Below are positions 1 to 9,720 of a stretch of DNA of 42,420 nt, piece by piece. This DNA is from Octopus bimaculoides (Eukaryota). Position numbers and translations under genes: made by a program. The stretch is from contig NC_068983.1 of assembly GCF_001194135.2 (NCBI RefSeq), positions 76,407,224 through 76,449,643 of the forward strand. Direction: 5' to 3'. Within the stretch, counting starts at the first letter, position 1. Every line of letters starts with the position of its first letter. The notes below the pieces were generated by a model. The model was not told the DNA's origin and did no database searches. It worked only from the letters and a program-made list of their open reading frames with translations.

Positions 1-40
<40 letters not shown>
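1..40. repeat. (TA)n microsatellite
   Basis: Direct reading; cut by the window edge. Confidence 0.95.
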
Positions 41-46
<6 letters not shown>

Positions 47-2040
47 ACAAAAGAATACTAAAGTTCACCAGGAGAAACCAAAGAAACCGAAGGTGAAGAC
101 ATGTCTAGAGGAGGGCAACAACAGCAAATTCAAGCAGGAGAAACAAATGAAGACAAAGGTATCTGCGCACCGCCGAGCTGAGAATGGATGTGGGTCCAAG
201 GTGGATTTACAGGAAAACGAAATAGAACCTTCAAAGGCATATGGCTCTGATAGAAAGGGCACCAAACCAGTCTGCAAGGTCTATGTAAAGGTTATGTACT
301 GGCATGGTGACATTAGGACAGGCTGCAGATTTGCTCATCCCAAATGCCCTGTGAACAGTACTCATTCAACTTGCGCGAAGACCAGGAAGAACAACCTCCA
401 TCGATGTAGAGTCAGATCACATGATGTAATGCCACCACCATGGAATTGTATGGATGGTGCACGCACAATTTTCAGGAGGAAACAAACTGTGGAAGCAGTG
501 CAGATAGCGGCTACTGAACAACAGACTTTTTGGGAGGTTGCACAGAAGATTGGAAGGTATCTGAGATGGCTTCACCAGTCACTCAATATGAGGAACACTT
601 ATCGCGACCACCTCAAACAGCAGATGTTCGAGGGTGGCCACCTCTCACACCTCTGCAAATATTAGACTAGTGGCAACTACCAATCTCTACATGTCACACC
701 AATATTCTTGCAGAACATCAGTGGCCTCGTAACATCCCAACAACGCAAACACAGTACTTGTGAGACTTAGTAACATGTAACCAAGCAATATGCGTGTCAC
801 TAACAGAAGCACAGCTAAACCGAGACATATCAGATGAGATACACATACCACGGTATGTTGTGTTTCGAATTGACAGGAGAGAAACAAGTCATGGTGGAAT
901 GGCAATGTACATCTGAGAAGATGTACCTTCTCTCCAGTATATCACTGCACGGCTTGAGACATGCAGAATCTCTCCTTGACCTCATTGACATGCTCTTTAT
1001 GAATCAAATAATGCTCCATGCACGAAGGGGAAAATATCCTGGACCTCAGCTTCACAAACAATGCAGTGTTAATCCATAATGTTAAGGTGACACCGATGAT
1101 TTTCTAGGACCATAACTTAATAGAGATAAAAATATATGGTCCGCAGAAGACTACAGACATGTAGGCTTCTAGAAGGACCCAACTGCTCTCCAGCCTCAAC
1201 TTTCACAAAGGTGATTGGAAGGGCACCGTGAAAGAGACCATGGAAGAAAACTGGTCTGCCAGTCTCTCTGTGCAAAGTATTGACATAAAGCTACAACACA
1301 TTATGACAATCATGCATGACATATGCAGTAAGTTTGCTTCAGAGAAAATACCAATCCAGCAGAAAGATATATTACCCTGGGATAAGAGGATTCTAATGAG
1401 ACGACCAGCAAAAATCACAAATCGTTTAAATAGGCCACTAAAGAATAACAAACAATTCTATCTCAAACAAACATTGCTCGAGATCGAAAATGAACTCAGA
1501 TACTCTCATGAAAAGGGGAGGGCAGAAAAGGAAGCCAGAGCTGTCAAAAATATTAAGAGAAACCTTAAAGCCTTCCATAGATATTCAAATGAGTCTGCTT
1601 CAGTACGGTACAAAATAGGGCCACTATTTGAAGAAAATGGCTCACCGACTGCTGACCCGGAGGATCAGTGAAATAGTCAATGAGCAATACGAGAGTGCTT
1701 TCACCACTCCATTGGGACACTTGTAATGAGCTATGCCTGATGAGTTCTTTGGCTACAAAGCTCTACACAACAAAATCCTAAAGAACGCCTTGCCAAAACA
1801 TCTGAGAGATCTCCATAGAGTAGAGGTAGATGTTTTCAAGTAACAATTTCACGGCTTGCTACCCAAGATCCCAGATGAACCAATATCAAAGCAAAACATT
1901 CAAAACCGGGCAGAAGTGTCATATTTCGACCTTCACCAAAAGCCAATCACATAGAATTGGCCAGTTAAAATGTGATTACATTGGCGGTGCCTTAACATGG
2001 CCAAAGCCTCAAGGCTGAAACATATGAAAGAATAAAAGAG
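41..2040 (+). mobile_element. Degenerate CR1-group non-LTR retrotransposon with internal deletion of the RT domain
   Basis: ORF1 remnant with CCCH-like finger; APE motifs (IFLQNISGL, VSLTEAQL, RIDRRETSHGGMAMYI, DLSFTNN, DHNLI) with stops and frameshifts; EN-RT linker (IKRNLKAFHRY...IGPL...EQYESAFT) joined at about 1785 directly to the ORF2 C-terminus (LPKHLRDLHRVEVDVFK...KIPDEP); 3' tail GGCGGTGCC...GAAAGAATAAAAG. Clade assignment from motif recall. Confidence 0.85.
93..665 (+). pseudogene. LINE ORF1 remnant with degenerate CCCH zinc finger
   Basis: CKVYVKVMYWHGDIRTGCRFAH at 273-338 = C-x7-(Y, TAC likely from TGC)-x8-C-x3-H; aligns with the finger of the second copy at 33465-33530. Confidence 0.6.
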
Positions 2041-2149
2041 CACACACACATGCATATATATAAATAGAAAAAATATTATTTCTAAATCTCTCAACGAGAG
2101 TAAGAGTACTCTAACGTAAATATTATTTGTCAACAATGTGGTAGTTCTG

Positions 2150-2533
2150 TTATTTAGCCCGGGAAAGATGGTCTCCAGCTGGTTATTTGACACACTATCT
2201 GTGTCCTTGTATTTTCTAACGAGGGACTTTAACGTCCCCACTCAGAACAGAGCAATATCTGCGTGCTGCATTTTCTGGGTTATTCCACTGATCTATTTAG
2301 TAGATCAGTGTGTGTGTTTCACTTCGAAAATTATATATTTTTGAACAGAAATTTAGCAGCGCCATCTATCGCCAAGCAGTTACTCTGTGCTGACGAAGAG
2401 AACCCAGAAACCGTGGTACGCAGGTATTCCATTGTGCTGAGTGAGGACGCTAAACTCCCTTGTTCGAAAATATAAGAAGACAGATAGTGTGTTGTATAGC
2501 CAACTGGAGACGATGTTTCCTGGGGCTAAATAA
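2150..2533. mobile_element. MITE-like non-autonomous DNA transposon, about 384 bp, about 36-bp imperfect TIRs
   Basis: Left TTATTTAGCCCGGGAAAGATGGTCTCCAGCTGGTTA (2150-2185) versus reverse complement of right end TTATTTAGCCCCAGGAAACATCGTCTCCAGTTGGCTA (2497-2533); no coding capacity; internal perfect 10-bp hairpin at 2286-2310. Confidence 0.7.
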
Positions 2534-2601
2534 GAGTATCATTCGTCCTAACCATGACTGTCGCGTTATGTTGTCAAATAATCTTTACTATATATATATG
2601 T

Positions 2602-2865
2602 NNNNNNNNNNNNNNNNNNNNNNNNNNNNNNNNNNNNNNNNNNNNNNNNNNNNNNNNNNNNNNNNNNNNNNNNNNNNNNNNNNNNNNNNNNNNNNNNNNN
2701 NNNNNNNNNNNNNNNNNNNNNNNNNNNNNNNNNNNNNNNNNNNNNNNNNNNNNNNNNNNNNNNNNNNNNNNNNNNNNNNNNNNNNNNNNNNNNNNNNNNN
2801 NNNNNNNNNNNNNNNNNNNNNNNNNNNNNNNNNNNNNNNNNNNNNNNNNNNNNNNNNNNNNNNNN
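2602..2865. other. Assembly gap (N run)
   Basis: N run preceded by (TA)n. Confidence 1.
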
Positions 2866-3008
2866 TTACATGGTTAAAGTATATATTTAAATTATGTCAG
2901 AAAAATGTTATAAATTTTTTTTTGGTATATAAACATTGTATTTGGAGAAATAACCGGTTTCGTGTTGTCTTTTGAAATTTCTCTACTTCATTGTAACGTG
3001 TTCGCTCC

Positions 3009-3011
<3 letters not shown>

Positions 3012-3058
<47 letters not shown>
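3012..3058. repeat. (CA)n microsatellite
   Basis: Direct reading. Confidence 0.95.
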
Positions 3059-3062
<4 letters not shown>

Positions 3063-4271
3063 TATATATGTATATGGTTGTGCTGCATTTCCATTTTGTT
3101 AATCTTGTAGTATTAATGGCGTCAAGGATACGCTAGCGCTGCTCTTGAGATGCTTATATTAAACTGTAGTTAAGGTAGGAGAGTAATTAAAGTAGTAGGG
3201 GAATTGAACTCTTGGCAGATAAAGTAATATTGAATGTGTGTATGATTAGGTATTTCCCACCGTGTTCTGATTGCGTACACAGAAACACACTCACATATAG
3301 TAACGTATGTATATATGCATTCTAGACATAGCGTGCCTTACAATTTTATATATAATTTAGTTTTTGCAAACACGGCATCAATATTGTTACAATATAGCTA
3401 AAATACAACTATATAAATATGTATGTTTTTATACATTTTAATATAGTTTAGAACAACACAATCTATTCTAGTACATATTAATATAGATATCTATTCGAAA
3501 TCTATTTTCCTATCTACTAGTATTTTGTAATATCTTTTAGGATATTTACATTAATATATACAAGCGCAGACTACATTCTTTTCATAGTATTTAAATATAT
3601 AACTTCATAAATAAATATATTGCTTTATTATGTCTGAATCATTCTATACGGAGCAAATCTCTTGCTATATCGGTTTTAAAAATCAAAAATATACAACAGT
3701 GGATGTAATATATTATATAACTAGAACTTTTAATAATTCACTTTAAGTATTTGTTTTGCAAGATTCTTGATATGAAAATGTGTGTTGAAACAGATATTGT
3801 AATATTTGGGCATGACCATTTTGCCAATAAACACACGCATTATTTGTTCAGCTGTCTGTTGCATCATGTCTGGACATAAGGTTAGAGAGAAGAAAAGATA
3901 TAGAGAAAAAGATCACAGTCATTGAAGAGGTTAAGAATGTGCGAAGAAAGAACTCGGACAAATAAACTTTATCTAATAACAAATCTCAAGAAAATTTTTT
4001 TTTAAATAGTGGCAAAATGACTGTCACCACATACAGCAATATTGGCTATTTCCTTTAATGAAACTTTCCTGACTTTCTAATGGTGTTGTTTAATACGTGG
4101 GAGATTGAAATTACAATCCACTTGCTTGTATTTTCCCGTCCATTTTCTTGAATTGTATACCAGAAATAGACACCTTATTTCGTCTTCTGCAGCAAAGTTT
4201 TCGCGTCTACAAACATACCATTGATGAAAAAGAAAACAAACAAATGAAGAGAGTGAGAGAGAGTGAATGAG

Positions 4272-4347
4272 ACACGGACAGGTCATTCGGAATTTTCTCT
4301 CTTCAGTCGAGATCCAGATTATCATTGCAGGAATGACCTGTCCGTGT
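4272..4347. repeat. Perfect 17-bp inverted repeat with 42-nt spacer
   Basis: ACACGGACAGGTCATTC (4272-4288) and GAATGACCTGTCCGTGT (4331-4347) are exact reverse complements. Confidence 0.9.
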
Positions 4348-4544
4348 TTTCTTTGTATCGTCTATCTGGATGTTTTGTCCCTTTCTTGTATCACCTAACT
4401 GTATTGACGTTTCGCGTTCTTGACCCATTCTGTATTATATATATATCTGTAAAAATATGTGACACTTATTCGGTAGCCATGATAAATTCCTCTATTTACA
4501 TAATATCGAGGTCTCTTTCTTTCTTTTGTTGCCCTTCCTATCAA

Positions 4545-4619
<75 letters not shown>

Positions 4620-4642
4620 ATATATATATATATATATAGATT

Positions 4643-4684
<42 letters not shown>

Positions 4685-4701
4685 CAGGTAGTTAGATGGA
4701 T

Positions 4702-4758
<57 letters not shown>
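4545..4758. repeat. Compound microsatellite (TATC)n-(TA)n-(GATA)n-(GA)n
   Basis: Direct reading; the TATC and GATA blocks are mutually inverted. Confidence 0.95.
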
Positions 4759-4762
<4 letters not shown>

Positions 4763-5239
4763 TAGAGAAAGAAAGAGAAAGAATGTGGAAGATATGCAGT
4801 TCGAGACAAAGAATATTTGAGATACTTGAAATCGAAAGCAATTTAACTGGAAAGTTATCGTACAATAAAATATAAACAGCAGATATATTCAAATTATATC
4901 CATACACAAAAGAACTGTCTTGTTAATTCTAGAGGTCACTGAATAATAATTGTTTCATGTGACATTTAAATAAAACAATTGATATATAGCAATACATCAG
5001 GTCAGTTCTTCTTCAGAAATGTAATACTGGCAGTATCCAGTTTCTTTTCTCAATATTCTTGTGTGTAGTAGAATCTGAGTCACATTTACATTTCAATTAT
5101 CTTGGGCTCTATAAAATAAGTGTACCAGATAAGTCATATGAAAGCCTGGTTATAATTAACATTACACCTACCTTACTAATACTTGGCCTTATAAAAAAAG
5201 AAACAAATCATCATCACCATCAGTTCTATCGATATTCTT

Positions 5240-5757
5240 ATTATTGAGTGAGAGAGTAGCGTATACCATGAAAGTGACGCTGGAATACAAATATACGAAC
5301 CTCAATATTCTCATCATGACTACCCAGGCACATGCGTCACACTCATATGTGCATAACACGGTAATCACATATCAAGATAAACAGCGCACGATCGTTCAGG
5401 TGGGCACTGTTAGATCCTGTAGCCAACTCTGCTTAAAAAGGTCTCTGAATAAGGTTGTTTAAGAGTGATGAACGAAACACCATTTTCCAGAGGTATATCA
5501 TTCAAAATTCAAGAAATTTCTCTCAACACATCACCATGATACCCTCCCCAGTATCCCCGCTTGCAATCATAGATGCACGTATGTTTAGCCTCAAATGGAC
5601 ATGTTCAACTGGTTAAGTTTACCAACTGACAAGAAAATCACCGGGATGAGCAGGATATTTACTGTAGAGCATCTTAGCACCAAGCAATACATGTACACTT
5701 CCAAAATAATTAAATCAGAAGCTATCAGAACCACTGTCTGAGACTGCATCAGAACAT
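5240..5757 (+). mobile_element. Unclassified (TAA)n-tailed interspersed repeat, probably a non-autonomous retroposon or LINE 3' UTR
   Basis: Bounded by ATT and TAA repeats; resembles, from recall only, an abundant Octopus repeat (ATTGAGTGAGAGAG...CATCAGAACATTTA); no ORF. Confidence 0.5.
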
Positions 5758-5758
5758 T

Positions 5759-5760
<2 letters not shown>

Positions 5761-5844
<84 letters not shown>
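5761..5844. repeat. Perfect spacer-less 84-bp palindrome (TAA)14(TTA)14
   Basis: Counted by hand: 42-nt arm 5761-5802 and 42-nt arm 5803-5844. Confidence 0.9.
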
Positions 5845-5846
<2 letters not shown>

Positions 5847-5875
5847 ACTATTGTTATTATTTTTATTATATAACT

Positions 5876-6423
5876 GTTCAATATTTGATAAATTGAGCCA
5901 AATTTCTACTGCATCACGTGCTACACCTCTGTGTTGCCGGGGTGTGTGCAGCATTGTGTTCTTTTCTGCTGTTGGAAGCGTGCGAACTCTTCCCGGTACT
6001 GTATTGCGTTAGCATTTTTTTGTATTGTGTATTGAGAGTGTAATGCTTTGGTTTTCTGGATTGCCGATGAGAGTTTATTTTACTGGGTAAATGCTGAATG
6101 TTTTGTATTTGTGGGTTGTTTTGCTTAAGATGTATTATTGGATCGATAGCGTAGCCCTTGTAGGGCTATTTTTTGGACAGTGTGTAGTGTTGAAGTTTCA
6201 GGCATAGCTTCTACATTTTTCGTCATATGATCTTTTTTTTATCATGCTCAATGCTCCAATTATTACTGGTATTGTTCTTACCTTTACGCCCCGCGTTTTG
6301 AATACTTCAATTTCGAGGCCTTTTTACTTTGAGAATTTCTCCACTTATTTTTTGACAATATTTTAATCAGAAGGGACTGCAATATCTATCAGTAAGCAGG
6401 TGTTTTCCCCAATCCTTGACTAC
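5876..6423 (-). mobile_element. R4/Dong-like LINE 3' fragment (RLE domain, 3' UTR, (TAA)n tail)
   Basis: Minus-strand peptide TCLLIDIAVPSD*NIVKK*VEKFSK*KGLEIEV...TIPVIIGALSMIKK...VQKIAL matches the restriction-like endonuclease C-terminus of R4-clade elements; 5'-truncated. Confidence 0.85.
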
Positions 6424-6476
6424 CCGATGGCACGAATCTTTACACGACTGTTGCGAGTAGAAGGTCGTGATATCAC

Positions 6477-6806
6477 TTGTGCAGGTTCTCAAATGACCCG
6501 AAATCTTTTTGCATTCCACTCGAACTAGGATGTGGGAAAATTGTGTTGGTATATGCAGACGACGAGACCGTCATTGTATCGAAAACCAGACACATAGACC
6601 TGATCAGCTTTGTTCTAAAAAGATACAGAGCGGTGACAGGAACAAAAATTAACCAAATAATATGAGTGGGCCTGCAGCTCGGCACCTGGAGAGGTCGATC
6701 CATGGAGTTTCATAACGTTGTGGGACGCTGGGCTTAGGGACCAGGTAAATTGCATGGTGTGTGGTTTGGTCCGAATCTCCAGGTGGAGAAGTGTTGGGCG
6801 AGGTAA
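6477..6806 (+). mobile_element. L1/Tx1-like reverse transcriptase fragment
   Basis: VYADDETVIV...YRAVTGTKIN...VGLQLGTW...GPGKLHGVWFGPNLQVEKCW with in-frame stops; YADD plus downstream motifs typical of L1/Tx1 RTs. Confidence 0.75.
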
Positions 6807-7084
6807 AAAAGGAAAGTGAGGTTAGAGCGGGAGGTACTTCCCCCCCCAGCAATTTTGTTGAAAGGTGGGTGAATGTAGCAAGAAGATCCCGAGTGAACGG
6901 ACCAACTATAATCATGTGCTAATATACGATAAGGAAAAGGAACTTACCCTATTGGTCAGGACCTCCGTGGTTTTGTGGGGTTTCCTCAAGCAGCCCTTCG
7001 AAATTTCCCTCTTTGGGAGTATTTCTCATTGTACCGTTCCCAATATTTTTTATGAACCCTTAGTGGATGATAAAGTAAAAACTG

Positions 7085-7086
<2 letters not shown>

Positions 7087-7152
<66 letters not shown>
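7087..7152. repeat. (ATT)n microsatellite
   Basis: Direct reading. Confidence 0.95.
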
Positions 7153-7153
<1 letters not shown>

Positions 7154-7155
7154 CT

Positions 7156-7337
7156 GCGGCAGCTAGCTGGCAAAATCGTTATTGTACCGGACAAACTGCT
7201 TAGCGGCATTTCGTTAGATTGAGTTCAAATCCCGTCGGGGTGTAGAAAATAAGTAAAAGTTGAGTACTTGGGTTTATGTGATCGATTGTCCTCCTCTCCA
7301 CAAAAATCCAAACCTTTTGCCTTTAGTTGAAATGATT
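7156..7337 (+). mobile_element. tRNA-derived SINE (Octopus OK/OR-type), degenerate
   Basis: Head GCTAGCTGGCAAAATCGTT...GAGTTCAAATCCC, body similar to the copy at 18110; ends in ATT repeats. Confidence 0.7.
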
Positions 7338-7355
7338 ATTATTATCATTATTATT

Positions 7356-7505
7356 AAGACGGTGATCTAGCAGAATCTTTAGATTGTTGGAGAAAATAGT
7401 TGGCAGCATTACTCCCGGTTTTTAATGTTATAATATCAAATCCTGCCGCTGTTAACTTTCCCTTCAACCTTCCGGGGTCAATAAAATAAGTACCAGTTGA
7501 GCAGC
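7356..7505 (+). mobile_element. tRNA-derived SINE, in tandem with the previous copy
   Basis: AAGACGGTGATCTAGCAGAATC...GGGGTCAATAAAATAAGTACCAGTTGAGCA. Confidence 0.7.
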
Positions 7506-9094
7506 ATCCTCCTTCACCAGAAGTCATGAAACAGTTATTATTACTTGGTTATTTCTTTCATTTAAAATGTCGTGCATCGCTTCGTAATGCTTGAAAATCA
7601 CAACTCTCTAATAGTCATTTTTCGAACATGGTGTTATTTTTTAGACCCATTTTTATTGCAGAATGAAACATGATGCAAAGAGACGGATTTGTTCCATTGT
7701 TTAGTATTTTGTTGGGGATTATATAAGTATTTTTAAAAAATATATTTTAATGAAAATTTCGTTCGAAACATAGCACTATATATGCCAAGCAGTTATTAAG
7801 AATAGTTGGCGAGATAAACAATGAAAAGTGAGGTGGTAGAATTTGCTATTTAGACTGAAGTGTTACACATCACTTCGACGCAAAATACATCTACCGCTAT
7901 CATTAACACCACTGCTTCGACAAAGCTGATTGATGAAGAATGAACAGCATCAAGAATGATTGATGAACAACACCAATCTGTCGAACAGAACAACAACGAA
8001 TCTAAAATCATTATCAGCAACAAGAACGAAAATATGATAGCGGTGAGAAGAAAAACAAAGTATGGCTAGCGGCAAGAACAGTAAGAATAATAACGTCCAA
8101 TTAATCAAGTTCACCAGCATAGAAAACAAACCCATTACCATCCTCATCACCAGCAGCAGCACCGTCATCACCACTACTACCGAGATCTCGCTTTGCTGTG
8201 ATTGACAATACACAAATCCGCGCTAAAGCTGCAATATCTATAGATGTTTGTGAAAATTGACAAAGCGCATTCACCCTTTCTTAGACACGTGTCTCCAAAT
8301 TCTCATTTCATTTACTGACCTGCTGCCTTAGGTGAAGCGAAGAGCAAAATCAGGTGTCAGATTTCTATATACTATGAAACAGTCATAGAAACAGTCATTT
8401 TCACATCATACGATGCGGCGAGTACAACGTCTCACCGTAACATTCTGAAAGCCTTAATTTTAGACGACTAGGATAAATAAAAAGATTGATTTGTTTTTTG
8501 TGCTGGGACTAATGACAGAACAGTATGGATAACCTCCACGATGACATAGCCTACAACTTCGACAGAAACCTTACAAGCAAGGAAATGCCCTCAGCTAGGT
8601 CTCTCTGAGATGGATGCAAGCTGATAGATTAATTTTTCAGTCAGTCTTTTCACGTAAAGGGTTCACTCATACAAACATATCTAACTCCCTTTCGTAGCTA
8701 TGCCTATAGACGTTTCAGAATCGTTAAAAAGAGGACATTTTCAGTGAAACATTCGTCAAATTTGTGATGATCCATTTCTATATTATGGGTGAAGGTGTTT
8801 GAAAAATGGATGAAAATGGTGAATATGGCCCGAGTGAATAGGTCTACCTTCAGTAGGCACTTGTAAACAAAATAATAGCAACTGAGAGAAGGTACTTATC
8901 ATTTGTGGCCAGGGTTATTCTGGATTTGTGAGGTATTTAATTTCATTTGGTTGCCTTCTCTACTGGTTTTCTATTTTATTTTATATTGTTGTTGCTTGCA
9001 TTCTGTACGATGTAATTAATGCCTCATCGTTGTATTTTTAACTTTGTACTTTCCTCGAACATAATTGCAGCCAATAGAAATTATTATTATTGGT

Positions 9095-9300
9095 AACACT
9101 GAATCGTTAGCACGTCGCACAATATGCTTTACCGCATTTCTTCTAGCTTTATGTTGCGAGTTCAAATGTAGCCAAGGCCAACCTTTTTTTACCTCCTTTT
9201 AGAGTCGATAACATAAGTAACAGTTAAAGACTGGGGTCGATGTAATCGATTTTCACCTCCCTCAAAATTCTAGGCCATGTGCCAATAATAGAAACGAGTA
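9095..9300 (+). mobile_element. tRNA-derived SINE, degenerate
   Basis: GAATCGTTAGCACG...GAGTTCAAAT...GTCGATAACATAAGTAACAG...CTGGGGTCGATGTAATCGA. Confidence 0.7.
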
Positions 9301-9574
9301 TTATTATTATTGTTGTTGTTCATAAAATCATCATCATTCTCCTTATGAGTGCTCGATCGATTAAAATTATACATCCATCTATATATGCTCTGACTGCACT
9401 AATTTTTAGCAAGACTGGCATAGAAATTTCTTTCTCCGATACGACAGTTACCCTACTCACTGCTCGTCAGCTTGTGGGGATGCCACTTGGCAGGTTATTT
9501 GTCAAGACGTAAAGCTCTTGAAAAGATACCATAAAGCATCGTGCGATAACATCTCTCGATTTCGGTAATCAACC

Positions 9575-9720
9575 ACACTTGTAGGTACTTCGTTATTCAT
9601 CCCGGAATGATGAAGATCAAAGGTAACCTCAACTGGTCTTGAACTCAAAAAGAAAGATTCTCGACTGAAACATAACAAGACATTCGATTTAGTGCCAATT
9701 CGTCTCCTCTAACTCATTAT
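9575..9720 (-). mobile_element. SINE fragment, highly degenerate
   Basis: Reverse-orientation similarity (GGTACTTCGTTATTCATCCCGGAATGATGAAG...TTGAACTCA) to the other copies. Confidence 0.45.

Noticed and set aside
4289-4330. C/D snoRNA or minimal hammerhead in the hairpin loop (minus strand ATGATAA...CTGA; CTGAAGA-GA-GAAA)
   Set aside because: Box C is non-consensus and box D is not adjacent to the stem; the hammerhead reading lacks stem II and an NUH cleavage triplet.
7950-8213. 87-aa hydrophobic ORF
   Set aside because: Antisense reading of a degenerate (CAN)n low-complexity tract.
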